Shown here: in pieces, positions 1-9,173 of the stretch
Numbering within the stretch: position 1 is the first letter of the stretch
Layout: each line of letters opens with the position of its first letter
Source: Bacteroidota bacterium
GTDB lineage: Bacteria; Bacteroidota; Bacteroidia; J057; JADKCL01
Direction of reading: 5' to 3'
Assembly: GCA_016718825.1 (NCBI GenBank)
Contig: JADKCL010000006.1
Location: 57,568 to 121,567 of the forward strand
DNA: 64,000 nucleotides
Notes under the pieces: model-generated
What the model saw: the letters and a program-made list of their open reading frames with translations, nothing else
The model's database searches: none
Told to the model about the DNA's origin: nothing
Position numbers and translations under genes: made by a program

Positions 1-355
1 TGCGACCGTGGCCACCAACCTGCTGTTCTTCGACAAGGGCACGCCGACCCAAGAAGTTTGGTACTACGAGCACCGCCTACCCGAGGGCCAGAAGTCATAC
101 AGCAAGACCAAAACCATTCAGCGCAAGGAATTTGCACCGATCGAGGCATGGTGGGGAAATCGTGCCGAAAGCGAGGTCGCGTGGCGGGTCCCCATCCAAA
201 CCATCATCGACCGGGGCTACGACCTCGACATCAAAAACCCCAACAAAGCCGAAGAATCCCGCGAACATTCAAGCGCGGAACTGATGGAAATGCTGGCGAA
301 AAGCTTCGAAAAGAGCAATGGATTGTTGAATGCTTTGAAGGAGGCGGTGAGATGA
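1..355 (+). CDS. hsdM: Type I restriction-modification DNA methyltransferase subunit M, C-terminal end (5' part lies outside the window)
   Basis: The frame is open to the window start. The tail NLLFFDKGTPT..VWYYE...GYDLDIKNPN matches the conserved C-terminus of HsdM-type N6-adenine methyltransferases. Its stop overlaps the ATG of the downstream hsdS remnant (ATGA at 352-355). Confidence 0.8.
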   Translation, partial: ATVATNLLFFDKGTPTQEVWYYEHRLPEGQKSYSKTKTIQRKEFAPIEAWWGNRAESEVAWRVPIQTIIDRGYDLDIKNPNKAEESREHSSAELMEMLAKSFEKSNGLLNALKEAVR

Positions 356-1722
356 GCTTGGATATCAAGTTCAGAGACTTTTGAAGCGGCCAAGTTTCCC
401 ATCGACATTTGAGGATCAAGTTCGAAAGTCACAGAATAACAAGTGGTGTGACCCACTCTGAAATCAACCACAATGGAGGCGTTATCTCTGCAGACTCAAC
501 GAAGGCTTGATTGTCGGCTACTAAGAAGCAATTTATATTGAGGAAGCCTGGTAATTCATTCTGCCAAAGATTGATCCCGTTATGGGCATAATTGCATCGC
601 ACCGATTGAAGTTGACGGGAATCATCACAGGAAATTTCGGCCTTACAACGTTGACCACGCGTGAGAATAATATCAAAGGCCGAATCAGTTCCGACTTGTC
701 GGTTTCGCAGGACTCTGTGATCGAGCAAGTTCAGCATTACCATAGGAAATATCAAATACCCATTCTTCTTGAATTATGAAATTGACCTTCCAGATGTCAA
801 AGACCAGTTGCGTATTATCGAGGAGGTGAAAGTCAAAAAGGGGGCATTCGCGAAACTCACCACCGAACTCACCCACCAACAAACCCTAGTCAAGCAACTG
901 CGTCAACAATTGTTGCAGGAGGCAGTGCAGGGAAAGCTCTCCACGGATCAGCCGATCCCCGCCGAATCCGACTTGGCAAAACAATACGGCAAACTCTGGC
1001 ATGCAAGCGGCGCAGAACTCCTCGCCCACATCCGCACCGAAAAAGCCAAACTCATCAAGGAAAAGAAAATCAAAGCCGACAAACCCTTGCCGCCGATCAC
1101 GGAGGAAGAGATGCCGTTTGAGTTGCCCGAGGGCTGGGTTTGGGCGCGGCTGGGGGAGGTAGGAGTATATTATGGAGGGGAACCCAATGGCCAACATGTG
1201 CAAGCGGTGTAATCAATGGAGTATTCCGATAAAGAAAGTGCGATTGAGGAATTGACTGGTTCTTGAACATGAAAATAATTGTGTTTCCTCCAAGTATAAA
1301 GAGGCGGTTAGTGACAACATAAGTTGCAAAGCGGAACTTTGATATCTCACGATAGCTGGGCAAAACCAGTTGGGATCCTCAATTTGTGTTGACACTACAA
1401 GTTTTAATTTATCGAAAGACGTTTTTGACACTCATTCAAAGTGACTGGAATACCTCATTTTACTTTTGAAGATGCAAATCCATAAGTGGTATCTCGAGAC
1501 TAAGATTCCCGGAATTAAATGGTCAACCGAATATTATGGCAAGATAATATCAAAGGTTTCCCAATTCCCCTTCCCCCGCTGCAAACGCAACACCGCATCG
1601 TAGCGTTATTGGCGGCCTATCAAGGGTTGTGTGCGTCGTTGGAGGCGCAGATACAGGAGAGCCTGACTTTGAATGGGGCTTTGTTGCAGGAGGTTTTGAG
1701 AGAAGCTTTAAGTGAAAAGTGA
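352..1722 (+). pseudogene. hsdS: hsdS (type I specificity subunit) remnant. The conserved coiled-coil regions are readable, but both target-recognition domains are broken by stops and frameshifts.
   Basis: The ATG at 352 gives only MSLDIKFRDF before a stop. ORF 769-1212 carries the central conserved region (LPDVKDQLRIIEEV...LLQEAVQGKL) and the linker ending PFELPEGWVWARLGEV, which normally opens TRD2. ORF 1519-1722 carries the C-terminal conserved region (PLPPLQTQHRIVALL...LLQEVLREAL). Stops occur in all plus frames across 385-768 and 1213-1518. Confidence 0.6.
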
Positions 1723-1746
1723 AAAACTAAAAGTGAAAAGTCTAGG

Positions 1747-2409
1747 ATGAAACTAGAAAATCCAAATCTCGCTTTTGTAGCTTCAATGCTGCAAGACAAG
1801 GGTGTTCAACTCACTACTTTTGTGGAAGAAAACAAGTTTCGCAAGGATCGGATGAAATTTGAATTCAAACTTTCAGAAGAACGGGAAATGGGCATTTATG
1901 CTTTTTGGTGGAATGGTCCCCTGAAGAAATCGAAACCCATTCCTTCAATTGAAGTAACCGCCCCTGGAGGTGAGGCTATCAAGTTACAATGGCGAGAGTC
2001 AGACTTCCCAGAGGAGTGCCATGCTCCGCCAAAGTATCCTCTCTATATTGGTAAAACCACAACCTTTGTAAATCGAATCCATGATCACCTTCACATTACA
2101 AAGAACTGGAAGGATCCGATTTACAAGCCCAAAAAGGTTGGCGAGGTAAATCGTACCGAGATATTTCCCAATGAGCATCGTCTGCGAAAGCACTCTACTT
2201 CTTGCCAATTCCGAAGTGGCTTGGAACACCTTCTGGGCTATCCCCAAAAGAAGGTACTGATCAAGGAACTTGAAAACGTGACGTTGTCTTTTTTCTCCTT
2301 TCCAAAAGTGTTGCAAGATATTCGTACAGATGCCTCAGAGCGTTTCTACCTTGAAGACCTGGCCATCGGCTACTACCGCCCTTGGTTCAACGTGGATAGC
2401 GAACGATAA
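1747..2409 (+). CDS. Hypothetical protein with GIY-YIG-like nuclease motifs
   Basis: This is a 220-aa ORF. It has GIYAFWW (GIY), then PLYIGKTTTFVNRIHDH (YIG plus Arg), then ERFYLEDLAIGYYRPWFN (Glu/Asn end of the GIY-YIG fold). It lies immediately after the hsdS remnant. Confidence 0.55.
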   Translation: MKLENPNLAFVASMLQDKGVQLTTFVEENKFRKDRMKFEFKLSEEREMGIYAFWWNGPLKKSKPIPSIEVTAPGGEAIKLQWRESDFPEECHAPPKYPLYIGKTTTFVNRIHDHLHITKNWKDPIYKPKKVGEVNRTEIFPNEHRLRKHSTSCQFRSGLEHLLGYPQKKVLIKELENVTLSFFSFPKVLQDIRTDASERFYLEDLAIGYYRPWFNVDSER

Positions 2410-2476
2410 AGGGAAATGATGCGACCATAGTGAAGATTGTCGGAAACCTCCCAAACTCAAATTACCCACCCCCAAA

Positions 2477-2632
2477 ATGCTGAAACTCCGCCACCTCAGC
2501 CTGCTCGTTTTCCTCCTCCTCACCACCGCCAGCGGCGCCTTTGGCATCTCCACGACGATCTTCGTGATCATGGCGGCCTTGATGGTCCCAAGCACCATTC
2601 TGGCACTGCAGTTTTTGCGGAGGAATGTTTGA
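2477..2632 (+). CDS. Possible small membrane protein (51 aa), too short for the ORF track
   Basis: My translation is MLKLRHLSLLVFLLLTTASGAFGISTTIFVIMAALMVPSTILALQFLRRNV, which has two hydrophobic segments. There is no other support. Confidence 0.25.
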   Translation: MLKLRHLSLLVFLLLTTASGAFGISTTIFVIMAALMVPSTILALQFLRRNV

Positions 2633-2723
2633 GGGGCGATTACCTCTCCAAACTCGACAAGATCAAGCTGCTCAATACCAAGATCAAACTCCTGCAGCAG
2701 TTCCTCGCCCATCCAACCGCAAA

Positions 2724-2760
2724 GGGCCGCAAAGTCGTAGTTCATTTGACTTTGCGGCCC
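2724..2760. terminator. Perfect 13-bp hairpin between convergent gene ends; likely a bidirectional terminator. Member of the GCCGCAAAGTC word family.
   Basis: The arms are GGGCCGCAAAGTC (2724-2736) and GACTTTGCGGCCC (2748-2760) with an 11-nt loop. T-runs flank it on both strands. It lies 54 nt downstream of the TolC-like gene stop. Confidence 0.6.
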
Positions 2761-2813
2761 TTTGCTGCTCGACGTGCTTCCTCAAACGGAAACTGAAACT
2801 CAAAATCCCATCC

Positions 2814-3998
2814 TCACAAACGATGCTTCAGCAGGTCTGCCAACACGAGTTGGTATTCCCGTTCCATTGACAGCAGGGTGTTGTGGGCGTCGTAGTAATA
2901 GCTCAGCTCCATGAAATATTCGATGACGGAAATTTGGCCGAGGGCAAGGGCTTTGGTGAGCAGGGTCTCGCTGTTGAGGTCGGTCAGCAAGGCCCGATAG
3001 GTTTCCATTGCTGATTCGATGGATTTGAAACGTCCATACAACTCTTTGATTTCGAAGTAATGCGCGTTCAGATGGTCTTGCAACTCCAACCCGGCAACGG
3101 CAATTTCGACTTGACGGAGTTCGGTGGTATTGCGATGCTCCCAAAGCGGCACGGAAACTCCCGTGTGAACTCCATTGTAGGATTGCCCGAGGATTCCTTG
3201 GTAGTGATAACCCACCTCCAAGCGTGGCAGTTTCAATGCCTTGCTCACCTCCAATTCCTTCTGGGCGATGGTAACCTCCTGCGCCAAAAGATTGCGCATC
3301 GGGTCGGCGGATTCGATTTCCTTTTCAAGACTCTCGAACGAACCGATGTTGGTCGCAAGGGGATAGATGGAATCGGTGAATTCCAGTGCAGTTCCGCCGT
3401 TAAGTGCCACAAGTTGACTTTCGAGCACGCTGATCGCCAACCGGTTTTCCTGACTTTCTTGTTGGATGGCGACCCATTGCAGGCGTGCCTTGTTCAAATC
3501 AAGGACATTGCCGTCGCCTTTGTCCATTTTCCGTTGAAAGTCGTCCCGCAATTGTTCCGCACGGGCCAATCTGCGTGCCAATGCCGTCTGCAATTGCCGG
3601 TGGTACACCAAGTTGAGGCAAACCTTTTTGGTCTCCAAGAGCAAATCACGTCGGGCGGCCTGCACTTGCCATTGTGCTTGGCCGGTTTGGGCTTCGGACA
3701 ATTGCTGTTTTTTGGCATAGGCAGTCGGGAAATCCAGGAGCTGCGTCACCGTCAAGTCTGTCTGATTTCCCGCCGTGGCGGGGCTGCCGATCATGTAATC
3801 AAAACCGACGACCGGATCGGTGGGGGACAGGCCCGTCTTGTAGCTCGCCTTTTGTGCCTCCCAGTACTGTGATTGTGCTTTGAAGGTCTTGTTGTTGGTG
3901 GCGACGGTCGAGAGCACGTTGTCCAAATTGGATTGCGCGTGCAAGCCGGTCTTGCCCAGGATCGTGGCCATTGCAAGAAGGATGAGGCAGTATTTCAT
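2814..3998 (-). CDS. TolC-family outer-membrane efflux protein (CzcC-like), last gene of the efflux operon
   Basis: This is a 394-aa ORF with signal peptide MKYCLILLAMATILGKTGLHAQ. The two-repeat, coiled-coil-rich sequence is typical of OEP/TolC proteins. Its start overlaps the stop of the upstream RND pump gene. Confidence 0.85.
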   Translation of the reverse strand: MKYCLILLAMATILGKTGLHAQSNLDNVLSTVATNNKTFKAQSQYWEAQKASYKTGLSPTDPVVGFDYMIGSPATAGNQTDLTVTQLLDFPTAYAKKQQLSEAQTGQAQWQVQAARRDLLLETKKVCLNLVYHRQLQTALARRLARAEQLRDDFQRKMDKGDGNVLDLNKARLQWVAIQQESQENRLAISVLESQLVALNGGTALEFTDSIYPLATNIGSFESLEKEIESADPMRNLLAQEVTIAQKELEVSKALKLPRLEVGYHYQGILGQSYNGVHTGVSVPLWEHRNTTELRQVEIAVAGLELQDHLNAHYFEIKELYGRFKSIESAMETYRALLTDLNSETLLTKALALGQISVIEYFMELSYYYDAHNTLLSMEREYQLVLADLLKHRL

Positions 3999-6900
3999 TT
4001 GGATGCGGATTTTGCGTTGGACATATAATAAACCACGGGCACAATGAAGATATTGAGGAGGGTGGAGGTGAGGAGCCCGCCCAGAATGACCTTGGCCATT
4101 GGACTTTGAATCTCGTTGCCAGGAAGGTCGCCTGCGATGGCAAGCGGAATCAGCGCCAACCCGGCCGTGAGTGCCGTCATGAGAATCGGACTCAACCGGT
4201 CCTTCGAACCTTGAATGATGGTCTCATACAAGCCGAGACCCTCCGCACTGAGCGTTTTGTAATGCGAGACAAGCAGGATGCCGTTGCGCGTCGCCACGCC
4301 AAAAAGCGTGATGAACCCGATGATCGCGGGGATGCTCATGATGCCGGAAGTCAGGTAGATGCTGAATACCCCGCCGATCAGGGCGAGCGGCAGGTTGATC
4401 AAGATGATCGAAGCCGTTTTGACTTCCTTGAATTCCTGAAACAGCAGGAGGAAGATGATCAGCAACGACAGCAAGGAGGTGAAAAGCAAGGTCTTCGAGG
4501 CTTCCGCCTCCGCCTCGAATTGGCCTCCGTACTCAATATGGTACCCTTCGGGCAACGCAATCTTTTCATTGACGATCTTTTGAATCTCTTCCACCACGCT
4601 TTTTTGGTCCCGTCCAGCGACGTTGGCGGAGACAACCGTTTTGCGTTGAACTTTTTCACGGTTGATGGTATTCGGCCCCGTGGTGCTCACCACGTCTGCG
4701 ACAGCATAAAGCGGTATCTTTTGACCATCGTGGGTATCGATCATCGCGTTGCGGATGTTTTCGATTTTGCCTTTGTTGGCGTCGTCAAATCGCAGCATCA
4801 AGTCAAAGGTTTTGTTGCCCTCATAAATTTCGGAGACCTTTTCCCCGGCAAAGGCGACATCCACAAATTCCTTGAATTGCCCGATGGTAATGCCATAATG
4901 ATTGAGCAGTGCGCGCTTTGCCCTGATCTGAACCTGAGGAATTTCCACCTGCTGTTCGACGCTGAGGTCCACGAGCCCTTCGATACCTTGAATTTGGTCT
5001 TTGATCTCGTTGGATAGCGTAAACAGGCGGTTCAAATCCGTGCCGAAAATCTTCACCGCAATATTGGCGCGCGTTCCGGAGAGCATGTGGTCGATGCGGT
5101 GCCCGATGGGCTGCCCGATCGTAATGTTGGCGCCCGATACACCCGCAAGCTTTTCCCGTAGCTCCGTCATAAATTCCTCGCGGCTCCGGTCTGTCAATAC
5201 GAAAGGCGCATCGATTTCCGCTGCATTCACCCCTTGCGCATGTTCGTCAAGTTCGGCCCGGCCGGTACGTCTTGTGGTGATCTTGATTTCCGGGATGGAG
5301 AGCAATGCCATTTCGACGCGTGTCCCGATTTTGTTGCTTTCTTCGAGGGAAATGCCCGGAAGGCTTACGGCACTGATCACGAGCGAACCTTCGTTAAATT
5401 CTGGCAAGAAGCTTCTGCCGAGTTGCGTCGCGAGTGCAAGCGCAACCGCGAGCAGCAAGGAAGAGGTTCCGATGACGGTCTTGCGGTAACGCATCACGAA
5501 GATGAGCAGCAAGGAATAGCCGCGTTGCAACCGCGCGACGAGCCAGGTTTCCTTGTGTTGGCGTTGCAGCATCTTTTCATTCGTGAGCAGGTAGCTTCCC
5601 AAAACGGGTGTCAGGGTGATCGATACAATCAGCGATGCAAACAGCGAGACAATGAAGGCGATCCCCAATGGCGCAAGCAACTTCCCTTCCATGCCGGACA
5701 GGAAAAAAAGCGGCACAAAGGCGACGATGATGATGAAGGTCGCATTGATGATGGAGGTCCGGATTTCGACGGAGGCATCAAAGATTACTTTGAGTTTGTC
5801 CCGCCGCTCCCCGACGGGTTTGAGGGCATCTTCCTTGAGCCTTCGAAATACGTTTTCGACATCGATGATCGCATCGTCGACCAAGGCCCCGATCGCAATG
5901 GCCATTCCGCCAAGGCTCATGGTATTGATCGTGAAGCCGAGCCACTTGAGGGTGAGAATGGCTACGATCAAGGAAATCGGAATGGCCAGCAATGAAATAA
6001 GTGTAGCCCGCCAATTCATCAGAAACAGCAGGAGGATGATGACCACAAAAATGCTGCCTTCCAACAGGGTTTTTTTGATGTTGCCGATGGAGGCGTTGAT
6101 GAAGTCGGCTTGTCTGAAAATTTTGGTGTTAATCTCGACGTCTTTGGGCAAGGTCGCTTGCAATTCGGTGATGGCGTCGTCGATTGTGGCGGTGAGGGCG
6201 AGTGTATTGGTAGCGGGCTGCTTCATTACGGTCAAAATGACGGCAGGCTTTCCTTTGAGGGAGCCGTCCCCGATTTTGGGGGATGCGCCAATTTTGACCT
6301 CGGCCACATCCTCGATTCTGACCGGTTTCCCGTCGACCATCTTGACAAAGGCACTCCCGATTTCGTTGACTTCGCTCGTCCTGCCGATTCCCTTGACGAT
6401 GTATTCATTGGAATATTCATTCATGAATCCGCCGGAGGAGTTGCCATTGGCTTCCGTGCTTGCTTTGAGCAGTTCGGTAAGGGATACGCCAAAGGAATTC
6501 ATTTTTTGGGGTGAGGCGAGGATCTGATATTGTTTGTAATCGCCGCCGATGACAATGACTTGGGAGACGCCGCCGGTGGCAAGCAACCGCGGGCGCAAGG
6601 TCCAATCGGCGATGGTACGCAAATCCATTTGGGAGGTGCTGTCGGCGGTCAGGCCGATGAGCATGATCTCCCCCATGATTGAGGACTGCGGCCCCATGGT
6701 CGGCGTGCCCACGCCCGCAGGCAGTTTTTCGGCGACTGCGCTGATCTTTTCGTTGACAATTTGCCGTGCCTTGAAGATGTCGGTGTTCCATTCAAATTCG
6801 ATCCAAACGATGGAAATGCCCGCCGAGGACGAGGAGCGCACCCTGCGCACATTGGTTGCCCCGTTCACAGACGTTTCAATCGGGAAGGTCACGAGCTTTT

Positions 6901-7084
6901 CCACCTCTTCCGGTGCCATCCCATGCGCCTCGGTAAGCACGACGACGGTCGGCGCTGTGAGGTCTGGAAAGACATCCACCTCCATCCGGGATGCCACAAA
7001 TGTTCCGAATATCAGCAGCAGCACGGAGGCGACCACGAGCAGCAATCGGTTGTGCAGCGAAAAATTGATGATCTTGTTGAGCAT
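3995..7084 (-). CDS. Heavy-metal efflux RND transporter, CzcA/CusA family
   Basis: The 1029-aa ORF has a 12-TM RND layout with two large periplasmic loops. The N-terminus MLNKIINFSLHNRLLLVVASVLLL and its overall sequence are characteristic of HME-RND pumps. Adaptor and OMP genes flank it. Confidence 0.95.
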   Translation of the reverse strand: MLNKIINFSLHNRLLLVVASVLLLIFGTFVASRMEVDVFPDLTAPTVVVLTEAHGMAPEEVEKLVTFPIETSVNGATNVRRVRSSSSAGISIVWIEFEWNTDIFKARQIVNEKISAVAEKLPAGVGTPTMGPQSSIMGEIMLIGLTADSTSQMDLRTIADWTLRPRLLATGGVSQVIVIGGDYKQYQILASPQKMNSFGVSLTELLKASTEANGNSSGGFMNEYSNEYIVKGIGRTSEVNEIGSAFVKMVDGKPVRIEDVAEVKIGASPKIGDGSLKGKPAVILTVMKQPATNTLALTATIDDAITELQATLPKDVEINTKIFRQADFINASIGNIKKTLLEGSIFVVIILLLFLMNWRATLISLLAIPISLIVAILTLKWLGFTINTMSLGGMAIAIGALVDDAIIDVENVFRRLKEDALKPVGERRDKLKVIFDASVEIRTSIINATFIIIVAFVPLFFLSGMEGKLLAPLGIAFIVSLFASLIVSITLTPVLGSYLLTNEKMLQRQHKETWLVARLQRGYSLLLIFVMRYRKTVIGTSSLLLAVALALATQLGRSFLPEFNEGSLVISAVSLPGISLEESNKIGTRVEMALLSIPEIKITTRRTGRAELDEHAQGVNAAEIDAPFVLTDRSREEFMTELREKLAGVSGANITIGQPIGHRIDHMLSGTRANIAVKIFGTDLNRLFTLSNEIKDQIQGIEGLVDLSVEQQVEIPQVQIRAKRALLNHYGITIGQFKEFVDVAFAGEKVSEIYEGNKTFDLMLRFDDANKGKIENIRNAMIDTHDGQKIPLYAVADVVSTTGPNTINREKVQRKTVVSANVAGRDQKSVVEEIQKIVNEKIALPEGYHIEYGGQFEAEAEASKTLLFTSLLSLLIIFLLLFQEFKEVKTASIILINLPLALIGGVFSIYLTSGIMSIPAIIGFITLFGVATRNGILLVSHYKTLSAEGLGLYETIIQGSKDRLSPILMTALTAGLALIPLAIAGDLPGNEIQSPMAKVILGGLLTSTLLNIFIVPVVYYMSNAKSASK

Positions 7085-7169
7085 GACGTTAATTCAAGGG
7101 TTACACGACAGTGACATACCGCAATGCTGCTTTCCCGGTTTTGCCAGGCCAATGCGGGGCGGATTGCTT

Positions 7170-7544
7170 TTATTCGACCACCGGTAAGGTCACTTCCAAG
7201 GTGGCGTTTTTCTTCAAGTTGACTGGAATTCCGCCAAAAACGGCTTGAGAAATGGCGCTGTCATAGCCTACCCCATATAGGTAATAGTCACCCGCTACCA
7301 ATTCTTCAAATTCAAAATGGCCATCTCCTGCACTTGCGATGGTGCTGGCATCATAAACATCGGTGCTAGCTCCGGGGAACTCTTTGGCCCCGTATTTCAG
7401 ATAAACGGTGGCATTGGGGATGTTCACCGCATGATGCATCACATGCCCTGAAAGGGTAGCATTACCGCCAATTCCTTCCTTTTTGCAGGAGCCCAGGAAT
7501 ACGATCAGGAAAATCAACGAAAGAAGTTTTACTGCGTTTTTCAT
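7170..7544 (-). CDS. Lipoprotein with a carboxypeptidase-regulatory-like (CarboxypepD_reg) beta-sandwich
   Basis: It has a lipobox (LGSC). The pattern GHVMHH..IPNATVYLKYG...GDGHFEFEELVAGDYYLYGVG fits that fold. It sits between the adaptor and pump genes. Confidence 0.6.
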   Translation of the reverse strand: MKNAVKLLSLIFLIVFLGSCKKEGIGGNATLSGHVMHHAVNIPNATVYLKYGAKEFPGASTDVYDASTIASAGDGHFEFEELVAGDYYLYGVGYDSAISQAVFGGIPVNLKKNATLEVTLPVVE

Positions 7545-7582
7545 ATACTTTTTGGATCAATCGTGAATCAAAATGGGAAGAA

Positions 7583-9085
7583 TCAATGCTCGTGGCCATG
7601 CGCGGGCAAGGTTCCCGAGGCTTGCGACAACTTGATCTGATAGGCACCTTGGGTCACGACGCGTTCGCCCTCGCTGATGCCGCCAAGCACCTGAACCTGA
7701 ATTCCGTCATTGGCGCCCAGCTTCACCTCACGTTTTTGAAAGCTCTCCCCTTCGGTTTGGACATAGACAAAGAAGGCTCCTTGTTCCTCGACCAAAGCCG
7801 AAACCGGAATCACCAACGCGTCAGGAATCGGATCGGATTTGAGAAATACTTCGACCACCGAACCCGGAATGATGTTGCCGGTATTGTCGATTTCAAAGGA
7901 AATCGGTACAAACGGCGCATTGGCAGTTGTGCTTTTGCCATACGAAACCAATTGCGCATGCAGGCTGTCGGTGCTGATGGCATTTCCTTCCGTCGCTTTG
8001 ATGTTGGCAGATCGGATCGAATTGAGCAGGTGGAAATATTTCTGGGAAAGGTTGGCTTGCAAGATCAGCTTCTTGTTTTTGGAAATCGTTGCCAAGGCGG
8101 TGCCAGGCTCTACCCGCTGTCCTTCGGTAACAAGTATGTTCTTGACAAAGCCTCCCATCTGCGTCGTGATCGTTTGCCCGGATCCGGAATAATTCTTTCC
8201 AAGGGTATTGAAGGCGATCAGGGCGAGGTCGTATTTGAGCTTCGTGTCTTGGAACTCCTTCTGGGAAATGAGTTTGTCCTGCACCAAGTCTGTAGCCCTG
8301 TCCAAATCGACCTTGGCCTTGTCCAGATTGGTTTTGGCCTCCCGGTGGCTCGCATCGAGGTTGCCAACAGCAAGATCGCCGCCCGAGATCGTGAAAAGCG
8401 CTGCGCCCGCCGCGACTTCGGATCCAATGATGGCGTTGGCACCGAGGAAATGGACGATACCTCCTGCCTTCGCGGTAACGAGGGATTCGTCGCCGGGTGC
8501 TGAGAGAATTTGGCCGCTGGTCTTGATCACATTGGTAAAGGGCTGCCTTTTGACCGGTTCGTTGGCAAACTCAACCTTCCAAGCCTGTTCCTTGAGGTAG
8601 CTGATGTCGCCGCCGCCGCCGCCCGCTTCCGAAGCCTGAACGGCAAGCGCCGCCTTTTCGTCGGGATAGACCGTGACGCTGTCGATCGTGATCTTGTCGG
8701 TGAATTCCTTGGTTTGAATGTCAAAGACGAGACTGCCTACCCCGGCGATTTCCGGTTTCAAGGCAAGTCTGAAAATCCCTGGATTGGAAGGTTCGGTGGC
8801 CTTTACTCTGGATGTTTTTCCGCTCACAGTCAGCGAAAGCGAAATCGTACCCTCGGTAAAGGCGGTAAACAAGGGCCCCAGCTTCGTAAAGTGGGCTGCA
8901 AATTTGCTTTCCATTCCCACCACAAGCGGCTTGAATTCGACAAACAGCTCCGTCTTGTCTGTATAAAGCGTGTAGGCCAATGCTTCCAAGCCTTGCTCCT
9001 CCTCCGCGTGGGAATGACCATGTTCTGTATTGCAACCGAACAAGAGTGCCGCGATCATTGCCAAAGGCAATAGAATTTTTTTCAT
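7583..9085 (-). CDS. Efflux RND periplasmic adaptor (MFP/HlyD family, CzcB/CusB-like)
   Basis: The ORF is 7583-9118. The preferred start is M12 (MKKILLPLAMIAALLFGC, a lipoprotein signal). His-rich ends (HGHSHAEEE and AHGHEH) are typical of metal-efflux adaptors, and barrel-sandwich/beta-barrel sequence lies between them. Confidence 0.9.
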   Translation of the reverse strand: MKKILLPLAMIAALLFGCNTEHGHSHAEEEQGLEALAYTLYTDKTELFVEFKPLVVGMESKFAAHFTKLGPLFTAFTEGTISLSLTVSGKTSRVKATEPSNPGIFRLALKPEIAGVGSLVFDIQTKEFTDKITIDSVTVYPDEKAALAVQASEAGGGGGDISYLKEQAWKVEFANEPVKRQPFTNVIKTSGQILSAPGDESLVTAKAGGIVHFLGANAIIGSEVAAGAALFTISGGDLAVGNLDASHREAKTNLDKAKVDLDRATDLVQDKLISQKEFQDTKLKYDLALIAFNTLGKNYSGSGQTITTQMGGFVKNILVTEGQRVEPGTALATISKNKKLILQANLSQKYFHLLNSIRSANIKATEGNAISTDSLHAQLVSYGKSTTANAPFVPISFEIDNTGNIIPGSVVEVFLKSDPIPDALVIPVSALVEEQGAFFVYVQTEGESFQKREVKLGANDGIQVQVLGGISEGERVVTQGAYQIKLSQASGTLPAHGHEH

Positions 9086-9173
9086 CGTATTGAAGTTTGA
9101 AATTGAACAAACGGGCATTGTCTGTCACATCACAGCGATGCAACAGTTACCCATTTTCCGAATTGGAAATTGG

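Noticed and set aside
352-1722. I considered a phase-variable (shufflon-type) hsdS with inverted TRD cassettes, because the longest ORFs in both TRD regions are on the minus strand.
   Set aside because: By eye I found no inverted repeats between the conserved hsdS regions and the flanks of those segments. No recombinase gene is in the window. A simple inversion between conserved regions would not leave a TRD inverted inside an otherwise forward gene. Plain decay, or assembly error in AT-rich sequence, is more parsimonious.
2335-2796. I considered ORFs 2335-2745 (minus, 136 aa) and 2437-2796 (plus, 119 aa) between the GIY-YIG gene and the TolC-like gene.
   Set aside because: They overlap each other, the 3' end of the GIY-YIG gene and the terminator hairpin. 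Their translations are Pro/Arg/His-rich with no motifs. Only the short 51-aa membrane ORF (2477-2632) was kept, at low confidence.
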